Counted from the first letter of the whole stretch, positions 25,138 through 36,280 are shown. The stretch is DNA of 63,386 nucleotides, filler included, from Sphacelaria rigidula (GCA_964200075.2; 7 parts of 7 records of this genome joined end to end with filler, not necessarily neighbours in it); one strand, 5' to 3'. Numbers and translations are program-made. Notes: a model not told the origin generated them from the letters alone.

Positions 25138-26535
25138 TGTTAGAAAAGTGTCGCGATGACCCCTTTGACGTGATCGCTAGAGTTGGCGCAATGGCACTTA
25201 AGCCAAGCAAGCAGACAAGCTGCTATGGAGTGTAGACAGAAGATGATGTTCAAGGTGCCTCTTGCAGGCAAGACAGGCCAAACAACCCACCGTGTTGAAC
25301 GGTCAACCAAGGAGAGTATTTCATGTATCACAGTTGCTATCCCACATTATACGCCTCCACATCAGACCAAACCTTCGTGACCGGTACCTGCGATCCCAAC
25401 ATTACATATATATCAAGTCAATACCACACGAAGCGTTGAAGAGCATGGCTCCACAGCCTCGTTTTCTAACACTCCCCCTCAACGCAAGTATAACTCTTAA
25501 CCCTTCACACTCCCCCTCGATGCAAATACGTACTAGTTTCCAACACCCACATCAGTACAACCGTCCCGGCACTCAAGGACAAAATAAGAACTCAAAGCTA
25601 CAACCAGGCTATAATCATATTTTGAATGTGCTGATCAGCTTGACGAGATGGCGGTGGCTATGTTTGCTGAGGTACTGGGTCCCTATGTCTACGAGTTGGT
25701 CTTCGGTCTTGACGTAACGAATGCGGATCCTTCCCTCCTTGACTAATTACTGAATGAAGAAGTACCGTAACGCTACGTGCTTGACTCTCGAGCTGTGAGT
25801 TCGTTGCCTGCGACGTGAAGAGTTGAAGTGTTGTCGATGTAGACCGGAACGGAGTCGAAGCGTGTGCCAAATCCTATCTCCCGCATCATATTCGAGCAAA
25901 ATATGCCTTCCTTCATGGTGAGTGCAGCGGCCACGAGTTCTGCTTCCATCGTCGATTGCGCCCTCAATCCTTGTAGTCCTACCTTAAAACTGACGAAGCC
26001 ATTCGAGCGAAAGAGAAGATATGATGACATTGATTTCCCGTTGTCGGGGTTGTTGCCCCAGTTCGCCTGTGAAAACGCCGTCAATTGGAAACCACTCTGG
26101 TTGTAGGTGATGTCATGGTCCGTAATGCCGGCCAAATATCGAAGTAAGTGTTTTGCAGCTGCCGCGTGCGCCTTCGACGGTTTGGACATCGCCCGTGCCA
26201 GTTGATTCACGCCGTATCCAATGTCGTAGCGGGTCACTCGAGCGTGATACATCACACTGCCTGTGATGGGCTGGAAGCGCTGTTTGTCCTCCTCGTTGAG
26301 TATTTTGTCTCGGCTGGTCGAGTGACAATTCTTTGTCCCGCCCCAGGAGTGCACGCCGGGGTGTTCGCTATCTCGTATCGTTCCTGGAGAGAATTGTTGT
26401 AATTTTTTGGCTGGTGTTGACTATCTTGCTATTACGGTTGCTAACAGCCTCCATTCCCAGCACTAACGATACATCTCCCATGCCCGTCATAAAAAAACGT
26501 CCCATTAGTTTATGTTTGATTCTTTCCAGCACCTT
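25138..26535 (-). mobile_element. Degenerate Ty1/Copia 3' part (RT C-terminus, RNase H, PPT, 3' LTR 25138-25471)
   Basis: TRYDIGYGVNQLARAMSKPS, FSQANWGNNPDNGKS and QSTMEAELVAA; the LTR is bounded by TGTTAGAAAA..TTTTCTAACA; same family as 40160-42091. Confidence 0.92.
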
Positions 26536-26679
26536 GTTGTCAGTCTGCCACCGCTCTAGGTTGAACCCCCAAACTATTACCGACATCATGCGGATACGCT
26601 GAATTCTGGAGATCGGAATAACTGACGCAACCGAAACCGGGAAATTATTTCCAGCCCAGCACTCCGACTCGAACCTTGT

Positions 26680-26738
<59 letters not shown>

Positions 26739-26840
26739 CAGCAGCAGCAGTAGCAGCAGCAGCAGCAGTAGTAGTCGTAGTTGTTGTTGTTAATGATGAT
26801 AATGATGTTGATGCTGCTGTTGTTGTTGTTGTTGTTGTTT
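26536..26840 (+). mobile_element. Short retroposon 3' fragment with a mixed (CAG/TAG/TTG)n tail interrupting the Copia element
   Basis: About 140 bp of non-Copia sequence followed by a trinucleotide run at 26678-26840, at the point where the Copia RT frame breaks. Confidence 0.6.
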
Positions 26841-27110
26841 CCTGTAGTTGGGTGTGCCATGCGTACACACGTCACCATACAGTAAGTGTCGATGATAATG
26901 GGTTAGCGATGGTTCTGCGAGCCGTGTTCCCGCGTGTTCGCCAAATCCGTCCCGTGGGTGTGTCACGAGTTGCTCCGGCAGTTTACCACCCTGCGGAGGA
27001 CCATCGTGCGGAAGCGTCCCTCCACGAGGCGGGGCACCGTCGTGCATATCTCGCCTGGTGATGACGCCGATTCTCCCCAGAAGCTCGCCCCCTTGTGAAT
27101 TTTTAGCGCC
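26841..27110 (-). mobile_element. Probable Copia integrase-RT linker remnant
   Basis: G/P-rich frame HDGAPPRGGTLPHDGPPQGG..HYHRH in the same orientation as, and upstream of, the Copia RT. Confidence 0.45.
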
Positions 27111-27210
27111 NNNNNNNNNNNNNNNNNNNNNNNNNNNNNNNNNNNNNNNNNNNNTTAATTAATTAANNNNNNNNNNNNNNNNNNNNNNNNNNNNNNNNNN
27201 NNNNNNNNNN
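27111..27210. other. Artificial contig spacer
   Basis: N44-TTAATTAATTAA-N44. Confidence 0.98.
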
Positions 27211-27283
27211 CCTTGCACTCTGTTAACACGGGTTCGAGAGATCGAGCTAATGTGATGGATATAATAATAATAATAATAATAAT
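27211..27283 (+). mobile_element. 3' end of a retroposon with a (TAA)n tail
   Basis: GGGTTCGAGAGATCGAGCTAATGTG plus (ATA)n; homologous to 51312-51360 on the minus strand. Confidence 0.65.
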
Positions 27284-27916
27284 CAGCCCCGGTAATATTA
27301 ACCCGAAATATAGACTTACGCCGAAGGGGTTCATTAGAAAACCGACAAAAGGCGCAGCATACTGCTCAAGTCCCAAGGCCAGGATTTCTTGCTACAGCAG
27401 TCCGCATTTTTCGGCATCAGAGGTGACACATGGGCCTTTCGCGCGGTAAAGCGAATAATCTACAAAGGTGCAACATGTAGCCAAAATCTGGCAACTAGCT
27501 GCTGTTGTTCATGGGCAACCTCAAGAGGTAGCAATCTACTGAAATGCGTGGGTGAAAACCAAATCATTGGGTGCCAGATGCGCACAAGCCTATTGCCACA
27601 CGTTGCTGATGCAATCACGTTGAAAGCAAAAGGGCATCCTCAACGACTTACTGTATGCCATGACGGTATACCGTCCCCAGGTGGCATTTTTTTTCAAAAT
27701 TGATTCCTCCAGATGCAAGGTAATTCGACCCCAAACAACTATGTTTATCTGAGTACTTCAACGATATGTTTCTTTCGACACGAAATCCATGGGCATGACT
27801 GCAGCACGAAACCAGTATTGAAAGAAGGATCATCCGGGGGGGGGGGTGTTTTTCATCATCATCGCCGCAGTGCATGAAAAAACTGCCGCATCTTTGGGCA
27901 CAACTCTTGTTTCCAC

Positions 27917-28225
27917 CTTAGCGGAGCTCCACGGATGCTCCTCTGGTACGCCAACTTCCACCACTTCGCTAGTAGATGTTGCTGATGAAAACGTGATCGA
28001 CGGAATTCCATTGCGTGAATCCCGCGGCCGCTGAGCCCGATGCTCCCTGAACACGTTGCAGTTCTCCGTCCCATCAACACAGCGTGTGACGGTGCTGTAG
28101 GTGCGTGTTAACAGCGAAGCGCCACCGAACCGGACACTATGACCAGGGATGAAAGCTCGGGTGCGAGGTAGAGCTGAAAACAAGGCCATTGAAACGGCGC
28201 AAGAACTGCGCCGCCAGGCCCTCAT
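27917..28225 (-). CDS. First exon of an unknown, probably plastid-targeted protein
   Basis: MRAWRRSSCAVSMALFSALPRTRAFIP.. reads as a signal peptide with an ASAF-like motif followed by an S/T/R-rich transit segment; in-frame donor AAG|GTGGAA. Confidence 0.6.
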
Positions 28226-28584
28226 GCCGGCTTCTTGCTCGTGCAATGTCTGCGGTGGCCTGTTTCTGCATCGATGTGGATCGGCGATGGACAAGATGAT
28301 GACGATAGATACATGTGTACATGACTGACGGTCATTTTCGTCAAAAAATGTGTTGTGCATTGACCCAACATGAACTCCCCATTGCTTTACATTACTCTAC
28401 AGCTACGATGCTGCCTAGATCGTTTAGACAACGCACACCACACCAAAAATTCTTATAATAGCATAATTATATAAGTATCATGATCTGTAGCAGTGAGATT
28501 TTTGCGCCATGCGCACGACTAACGGGAACTGACCGATGTCAGGCTCTCATCGCGTTCGGCGGCGCCTAACGTTAGGTCACGGAT

Positions 28585-29430
28585 ATGCATTGGTACTGTC
28601 TGTCGTTATCGCTAGTCCTCATCGTCAGCAGCTGCAATGGTCTACCATCCGCTGCGTTTTGCAGCTTTACTTTTTCTCCAGTAACAGCTGCGTATCAACG
28701 ACCGCTGACGACCACCGTCAATCGTGCCGCATATAGTAGTTTTCATGAACGCAGCACAACGAGAAGGGCGGTAGGTCGTAGCCATTCCATACGATGGGCG
28801 AGGAACAGAAGCGGTGGCAACGGGCTGCAGCAGCATCTTTGCACGACGGACGGAAATATCAGCGAGATTAGCTCTTTCAGGCACTCAACGACAACAGCCA
28901 CAGTGCCTGATTCCCTTAAACATCAACCTCAACTCGGTAGCACCAGCGGCGCTAGCGATGGAAACAACGGATTGGACACCACCTCAGACGGACGGAAAGG
29001 GAAGGTCCGAGATGCCGACAGGATGTTCAGGGTGGCCAGGGCGCTGCACCTTCGCCGGCACCGCTCTCAAGCCTCTCGAGATATCGCTGTTGAACTCCTC
29101 CTCGACTCCATGCGGCTTCGACCCGACTGGATAGCGACAGACTCTAAGTTCGCTGTCGACTCCCGCGTCGATAGCGTCCTCGCTGGCTTTTCATGTGAAA
29201 ATGAGTATCTCAGTGAACATTGCACGAGTAGTAAACATAATGGTAGCAGCAGCTGGGGACAACTTGATCCAAATATAGTCGACGCCGTGGCGTGCTTCCG
29301 GGCGATGCTCGATAGGGTCGGGTACACGGCATACGGCGTGCAGCAGAGGATGGGGCCATCCGTTGGACCTGTTCCAGGTCAGCGCTTACCTGGCCCTTAC
29401 TACCTTCACAAGAAAATCGACCACACGCAG
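28585..29430 (+). CDS. Exon 1 of a class I SAM-dependent (HemK/PrmC-like, NPPF) methyltransferase, probably plastid-targeted
   Basis: MHWYCLSLSLVLIVSSCNGLPSAAF presequence; 282 codons; donor CAG|GTAAGC at 29430/29431, phase 0. Confidence 0.8.
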
Positions 29431-29655
29431 GTAAGCGGTGTTCTGCAATGTGAACTAGTTGCTCACAAATGGGGAAAAGTAGCAAAACTGGGGAATGGCA
29501 GGAGACAAGAACTGAGTGAGAACACAATTTTGAGCACGTGTCGACGATGACTCAATTTGTAGCCAACTGTAACATGTTCCCACTTCTACTCGTCGACCGA
29601 ACGGACGCGGTCTCTTTCCCCTCTTAAAACCCGTGCTGGCTTTCCTTCCGTGTAG

Positions 29656-31335
29656 GCCATGAAGGTCGCTTCGCTTGGTCCTCTACGCGATAGTTTGGAC
29701 GTAGCCATACGAATGTTCCTGTTGGGTCTAGCACTCTCCCGAACAGAGGTGGAGAGGTTCCTGGGTTCCCGAGCTCTGGCATCAGCGGAATATCTAGGCT
29801 TGGTGACGGAAAGCCCTGCGGACCATTCTCTGGTGGTGTCCATGGTGCAATTATTCCCGCTTGATGCCGACGTAGTGTCGCCCCTCTCAACAAGGGGCGA
29901 CAAAACCACTGTTTCCGAGAAGAGCGGCCAGTCGAACAAGACCAGGTACAATCAACTTAGCGTTGCATCTGAAACGGGTACGTCAATGGCGGGTGACGGC
30001 GATGTTGGGGAGGGCGCATCGTCAGCATCTGTTCCACGCACGACGGGAGGAGACAGCCGCATGGTTTCAGCGTCGGACCTCGTGATTGCGACGGACTGGC
30101 CGCCGCCCGCTATTACATCTCTCGCGGATGAGCCCGTGATGTACATCGGCCCGGATAGTATTGGTCTCGTGCAACACGCTCCCCGGCGCGTGTCGGGGCC
30201 ACCAGTAACAGGCGGCAACCGACTAGAAGTAACCAGGAGTATCAACCACGAGGTTATATTGGATCTGTGCTGTGGATCAGGAATTCAGGGGATCGCGGCG
30301 GCTGCTCGACGCGGTGGTGATGCATTCGTCACCTGCGTGGATATCAATCCGCGCGCCGTCAGATTTTCGCGTTTCAACGCTTGCCTGAACAGAATAGATC
30401 CTACACGGTTCGAGGCGGTTGTGGGGGATCTCTATCACCCGCTAGATGCAAGAGCGACGTTCGCTAGATCGCGATGGGGCAGGGATGACACGGGTATTTT
30501 TGATCTCATCCTCGCGAATCCTCCGTTTGTCCCGGTGCCTCCGAAACTCGATTCCGTAAGGCGAAGATATTACCAGTTTTCCTCGGGAGGTTCCACGGGC
30601 GAAGAAGTGCTGCGTGGAATTTTCCTCGGAGCACTCGAACGTCTCCGCCCAGGAGGTGTTTCGGCCGTGGTTTCTGAGCTCGCAAACCCGGGTATGTTCG
30701 ATCTGAAGCTTGAGCATTGGATTGGACCACAGCGCGCTTTTCAGGATAGGTCAGGGTTTTCGGCGAGAGCCTTTCCAGCTACTGCTGACCTTTTGCGAAT
30801 AGAACGCGATCTTGAGGGATTTGCCACCACAAACGCCGGCCATGAGCAAGATGAAAATTATGTCAATATGGAAAGAGATGATAGTGTGTCAGTGTCGGAA
30901 TCATCAGCTGTCAGGCCTACTGGATCGGGTGAAGGCCCAGGAAAGCCGCAAGGTGAAAAATGGAGACGATGGCGGGGAAAACGCGATTGCGGGTGGACAG
31001 GCGTGGTTTTCCATGAGAAACAACCGTGGAGTGCTAGTGAATACGCGGCCAGGAGGGGTGGAAGTAGGCGTGAATCAGAGGGCTGGGTAAGACATCTCGA
31101 GCAGGTAGGCATCGAAGAAATGGCTACTGGATTTGTTTTCATTCGTAGAGGCGACGAACGTCGAGAGATAAAGGGGACGGGAACAGCTGAAGGGGGCATA
31201 GCCGAAGAAAAAGACGCCGCTGCTGCCGCCACCGTCCGAGTTGAAGGGGTGGAGAAGCTATGGGCGCCGCACAACCGAGCGGCGGTCGAGGAGACGGAGC
31301 GCGCTTTACGACAGATGGGAGTGGTGGAGAAGTGA
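29656..31335 (+). CDS. Exon 2 of the same methyltransferase (~841 aa in total)
   Basis: Acceptor TTTCCTTCCGTGTAG|GCC, phase 0; motif I ILDLCCGSGIQG, VDINPRA and DLILANPPFVP; stop at 31333-31335. Confidence 0.92.
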   Translation, partial: AMKVASLGPLRDSLDVAIRMFLLGLALSRTEVERFLGSRALASAEYLGLVTESPADHSLVVSMVQLFPLDADVVSPLSTRGDKTTVSEKSGQSNKTRYNQLSVASETGTSMAGDGDVGEGASSASVPRTTGGDSRMVSASDLVIATDWPPPAITSLADEPVMYIGPDSIGLVQHAPRRVSGPPVTGGNRLEVTRSINHEVILDLCCGSGIQGIAAAARRGGDAFVTCVDINPRAVRFSRFNACLNRIDPTRFEAVVGDLYHPLDARATFARSRWGRDDTGIFDLILANPPFVPVPPKLDSVRRRYYQFSSGGSTGEEVLRGIFLGALERLRPGGVSAVVSELANPGMFDLKLEHWIGPQRAFQDRSGFSARAFPATADLLRIERDLEGFATTNAGHEQDENYVNMERDDSVSVSESSAVRPTGSGEGPGKPQGEKWRRWRGKRDCGWTGVVFHEKQPWSASEYAARRGGSRRESEGWVRHLEQVGIEEMATGFVFIRRGDERREIKGTGTAEGGIAEEKDAAAAATVRVEGVEKLWAPHNRAAVEETERALRQMGVVEK

Positions 31336-31770
31336 ACAGGCCCTGGTGTCGGGGCTGTAGCGACGTGGAGCATATACGAGTACAGTAAAAACAACTAGGA
31401 CATATTTGGATTTATGCAATATGATAATCCAGTCTAGCTGCAACATGTCCAAACACTGAAAGGTGCAGATAGAATGTGGGTGAGGTGAGGCTATACGATG
31501 GTTTGTTCATGTTGCTCAAAATGTGCAAGTAAGGATACTAGACGCGTGGGGTGTAATTACTCAACATGGCAGAGAGAAAAAAACAGCGAGAGAGCTATCG
31601 CAATCACATCCAACACGTGTGGTGCGAGTAATTGACCGTCTGTGTTGCACATGGTCTAGAGTCAAGTGTGCTTGCCAAAGCGGTATGCAAAGGTGAGTCA
31701 GCACCACAAATATAGGCCGCACACACGCTTTTCACCACCTCATCAGCTCCAGCGCCACATTCACACATTT

Positions 31771-32520
31771 CACGGTCCGGACGAATCAGAGCTCATACGG
31801 GTTGACTCTCAATGAATGTTGGATGCGAATAATTTACCTAAGAGTCATCCAGAATGAATCGCAGATGGTCAATGTGTACACTTCAAGTCGTATCAGACGA
31901 ATCACGAGTGCAGAAAGTGTACGAATCACAATTACTCTATACATCAAGGGTGGGAAACATGCACACTTGATTCATCTCGTATGAATCGCAGGTGGGTAAT
32001 GTGTACGTAGCATGCACGAACGGAAATTTGGAAGCATGTACGCTTGATTCACCTCGTATGGATGAAGGCGGAGGACATGTACGTACTATTCATGCTGCAT
32101 AAACGGAAATCGGGAAGCGTATACGCTTGATTCACCTCGTATAAAGGCAAGGTGAAGAACGTGTGCCCATGTGCATGCTGCGTGGATGAAAGGGGAGATA
32201 TATATACGCTTGATTCACCTCGTATGAAAATAAGGTGGGGAACATGTCTCTATGATTCATCCTCACGAACGCAAGGTGAAAAACATGTGCATGAATCATA
32301 TAATTCATGGTGTACGAACCACATGGATATAAACAGCTAGAAGAATTACTGTAGGCGCGCAGATGCGTGCTGTGCCATGCTGTACCCTACTGTACACTCA
32401 AAGTAGTGTCATACGAATCACGAACCTGAAACATGTACAAATCACAACTTCAGTACGCATCGTATGGTCGATTCGTCCTAATGAGGAATACGAGTCGAAT
32501 CATACGATTATATTCGTCCC
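31771..32520. repeat. Diverged 77-83-bp tandem array with a conserved CTTGATTCACCTCGTAT core, preceded by a CACGGTCCGGACGAATC terminus
   Basis: Cores at 31966, 32043, 32126 and 32209; many GAATC/GATTC motifs; the terminus resembles the TIR at 16864 and 36026. Confidence 0.7.
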
Positions 32521-32566
32521 ATTTCTATCTGGGGCTACCCGACACTCATTTCATGGTCCTTCGTGG

Positions 32567-32835
32567 TCATCGTGAGTCTTCATGCCCCCCCGACTCCGCT
32601 CCGTCGTCCTCTCGCTCGACAGTCTCCAAACCGTCGATGGCTGTGGGTTCATTTCCTTCCCCACCAACAGCGACATGGTTACCTCTCCCAGCGCTCCGTT
32701 CAATGCTTGGTCGATTTGTGGGCTCGTCGTCGTCGACGTTCTGGCCGTTGTGTCGCACCTCCATGAAACCGGCATCGTCGGTAGTTATCTTTTTCCACCC
32801 GGAAGAGTCAACGACAAAGACGTTGATGAACCCAC
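32567..32835 (-). CDS. Last exon of a proteasome beta-type (beta-5-like) subunit with an acidic C-terminal extension
   Basis: Acceptor CAG|GT; GGFINVFVVDSSGWKKITTDD resembles the SGG.V.VY.V..DGW..I..DD C-terminus of beta-5 subunits. No upstream exons were found in this contig. Confidence 0.6.
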
Positions 32836-35594
32836 CTGAATATAGGTAAGATGCGCCCAAATGCAGGTGGCGAAAATGATATATTCGGATTCAGTCAGGC
32901 ACATGAGACAAAAATCACAACAGTAAGTGCTGACTCCTGTAACGTACAACGATATAACCCTTTCGAGACCGGGCTGATAACCAGGTGTGAATACTTGGTC
33001 TGTACGCAGGGTCCATTTGCAAATAGACATCGTTTTCAGTCATTTTAAAGTGAACGTGATACCGGTTCACAATGAGCCCTCACCCCCGGCGAGTCCACTC
33101 CAGTCTCGAAAGATTCAATGTGGTTCATTTTTCTGACATGAGGACACAAATGTATATTCGGACAAACCCTAGGCAAAAAAGGGTGGCGCCAGAACAGCAA
33201 ACACGACAGCGCGTCATTTCTTCTCGAACATTTTATTCCACACACACCATTGGGTTGTCGGGCGTGGAGCACCGCCCACCGGTATAAATGAAACCACGGC
33301 ACATGCGGCGTTTTCGTGCCGAGAGTAACGTTTCATGTCGTCATTTCTGACATTTTCACTTCTGCCGACGTTTTTCATATGATTTGGCAGTCACTGCGCG
33401 GTTCAGTTACTGAGCGAGGAAAAACACAATTTGGTACCGTGTCAGGGGGGCGTGCTCATTTGTTGCTTGCCTTAGTGGTTTTACCATCTATCCACGCATC
33501 GTCCCTTTCGAGACGGTACCGTGTCAGGGAAGGGACCCCAGCTATATGAATCTTGCCTCTCATCAAGCTGCTGAATAACGGCAAGCCAGGTCCCCCGGGG
33601 CAAGAAAGCCTCGTTTCCACTCGTGTTCAAGCTGACCCCAGAGTTTTCTAACAGCGATCAGTCAATGTCCTGGAGACCAACATTATGTGACACGGTTTGA
33701 GTCGTTTGAACATCAAGGCAGCATAGTGCGCGCTGATTCCAGGTTGCGTTTCTTGTTTCGTGATTTCACGTCAGTCACCGTTGTATCGGACTAATCCCGC
33801 GATAGGGAGGGGGGGTGTTCTCATGCTCTTGCATGCCGTAGTCATGAGACCATTGACCTTGCATCCCTACAAAGCCGGGACGGAGCACGCCGGGTTTTCG
33901 CCGGATCAGGCTCGGAATCAACCACCAAGCGCGAAGCGTCATGATGTGTCCGGGCGAGTCGCATGAAGGGTGAGCGGCATCCTGCGAAGATTGTTCGACC
34001 CAAAGCCTACTGATTATCTTGCACATGGATGACAGCCTCCAGTGAGTTGCTTCAAAATCTGGTATCGCCACTTCCAGAGATAGCCACGGATGTCTCACCA
34101 TCGACACACTGCGTAGTATGATCACCCGCTTCGCGGGGAGTTGAGGTTCTCACATCCTGCACAAAATGATCTAGCTCGACCAAGATAATGGTTACCGCAA
34201 AAAATAACGCAAGCACAAAACAAAACCGGTATTCTGGTTGCCTAGCTTACGCAGTGAGTGACTGTGTTCTACAGCGTCGTTGCAAACCAACGCCTTCCCC
34301 ATGGGGGGTTGGCCAATTGTTGCACGAAGGAGCAACTTTGAAAAGAGGCTGCGAGCAGGAACAATATTTCAATAATCATATGACTTATTTTGTCATCAAT
34401 ATCAAGATCTGTTTCAAGTGATTCCCATCCATTTAAAAGTCGTCTACAAGAGTGTGAGGCCGTGTAACACATTCCGAACCCCAATTCTTCATGCAACAAA
34501 ACACTCCCTTCCCTGACCAGAAGATCAGACTTTTAATGACCGAGATAGCTTGGCCGATAAGGATTCAAAAACACGCTTGTCCTACGGATACATAGACACG
34601 TCAATTTTCCGAGTTTTTCGGATTACACATACACATCCCAAAAACTCATGATTTCAACGTTGAATACAAGAACAAATGAGTGTACAAGAGTATTGAATTG
34701 GTTAGACTGTGGAGAAGAAGTTGCTTGATGGGGCACGGAGAGAGGACAAAGCCTTCCGTAGCTGTGGTATCTCCCAAAGATTGGGTTGATCTCTGCCGTC
34801 TTGGTGTAAGACGTTCGAATGGTTATGCCAGGCTGTGATATTCACCTTTGGCGAACATTCTCACCAAGGGCGTGTTGGGTAGGGTCAATACCCGGGTATT
34901 TGCTCTCCCGAGTTCGGTGCTGCGATGGTCCGATCTCCAAACTCTATCCAAATACTTTGGGTAGAGTTAATTACGGTCCAAATACTCCACTCGATATCTG
35001 GGTATTGCTACCCAAGTTGTGGGTACGATAAGAGCTCGACTTGTTTCAAATACCCAAATTTAGGAAATATTCTACCCAACAGTCTACACCGTTGAATACT
35101 GGGGCTATCAGCAGCGACGAAAACGTTCCCCATCCGGAGAGTGAGTCCAAACCTCCCCTCGTCAAGTCAAAGTATAACGTATGCTCCCCAAAAATACGCC
35201 CTCATCGTTAGATTTCGCTGGATGCCCCAGGTGCTTCGACGGGATTGTACGGAAGTTTGTGTATCTTCGCAACATATGATGTTGCTGAGTATATCTTCCG
35301 AAAAAAAATCGATGCCTGGCGATGAAGCGTTTGTGCAGACAGCGCAGTGGACAGTGCAGCTGCTCGCAAGTGGTTCGTGAAACTCTCACGAGCATCGGCG
35401 TGATTACACGCGTCCAAGGCTGGAGAGTTCTTGCCAAACCGAGAGGGCAAACCAGGGGTCGTAGAGCTGATGACGACAGGAAGGTCTTCTCATGGCGAAC
35501 TCGCTATCGCCGATTTTTCCCTCATTTAGGGTGTGCCATTTAGGCGCATGTACAGTAATATTGCACACCCTCGGCAATACATGGTAAGTAGCTA

Positions 35595-35729
35595 CCGTGT
35601 CGTTATCTTCTATATATTTTTCTGTTTCTTCTTTTTCTTCAGCGAGTGTTTCAGTTTCGTCATATCATGGATGCGTCTATTATGCGACCACGGCTGGATC
35701 CCTGGGGGGTCAGTTGAAGTACGACAATC
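35595..35729 (+). mobile_element. Isolated 3'-terminal fragment of the LINE family at 2173-4366
   Basis: TTCAGCGAGTGTTTCAGTTT..ATGCGACCACGGCTGGATCCCTGGGGGGTCAGTTGAAGTACGACAATC aligns with the reverse complement of 2195-2325. Confidence 0.8.
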
Positions 35730-36025
35730 GAAGAAAGAATAAAAATTCGCCACAGACAAGAAACGTACAGCGTGAAGTATGGGCCTATTGCAATTACTGT
35801 CGTATATTGTTGGTATACAGGCCTGTACTTTACGCAGTACGTATCTTGTCTGTTGCAAGTATTGACGATACATACAAATATATTGTTGGCGCCTGTCATA
35901 TGCATGTGAAAACTGGTGAAATTTGGTCCGTGGATGCCGTGAAAAATCGACGCCACCAACATGAAGAAAAAAGAAGAGAAAAGTGTTGTTACTGCGTTAC
36001 TCTCGATTTGTTATATGAACGCTTT

Positions 36026-36180
36026 CACGGTTAGGACGAATCATCACGACGAAGAATCACCAAACCCACGATTTCTTCGGCCTGGTTGCCCAAAAGGGAC
36101 AAAAACGTTGACCGCTGGTCCAAGGGGTATCCACGCAACTTTTGCGCCATTCCACGTGTCTAGGCCAAGCGTGTACCTGG
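36026..36180 (-). mobile_element. Copy of the 16864-17122 MITE, cut by the contig end
   Basis: CACGGTTAGGACGAATCATC terminus; the reverse complement aligns with 16969-17122. Confidence 0.8.
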
Positions 36181-36280
36181 NNNNNNNNNNNNNNNNNNNN
36201 NNNNNNNNNNNNNNNNNNNNNNNNTTAATTAATTAANNNNNNNNNNNNNNNNNNNNNNNNNNNNNNNNNNNNNNNNNNNN
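36181..36280. other. Artificial contig spacer
   Basis: N44-TTAATTAATTAA-N44. Confidence 0.98.

Noticed and set aside
26368..26878. Poly-Ala/Cys/Gln ORFs
   Set aside because: A trinucleotide tail fused by chance to a Copia RT fragment.
30858..31394. 178-aa minus-strand ORF
   Set aside because: Antisense shadow of the methyltransferase exon.
31960..32230. CRISPR array
   Set aside because: The intervening sequences are related to each other and ~60 bp long, there are no cas genes, and the context is eukaryotic.
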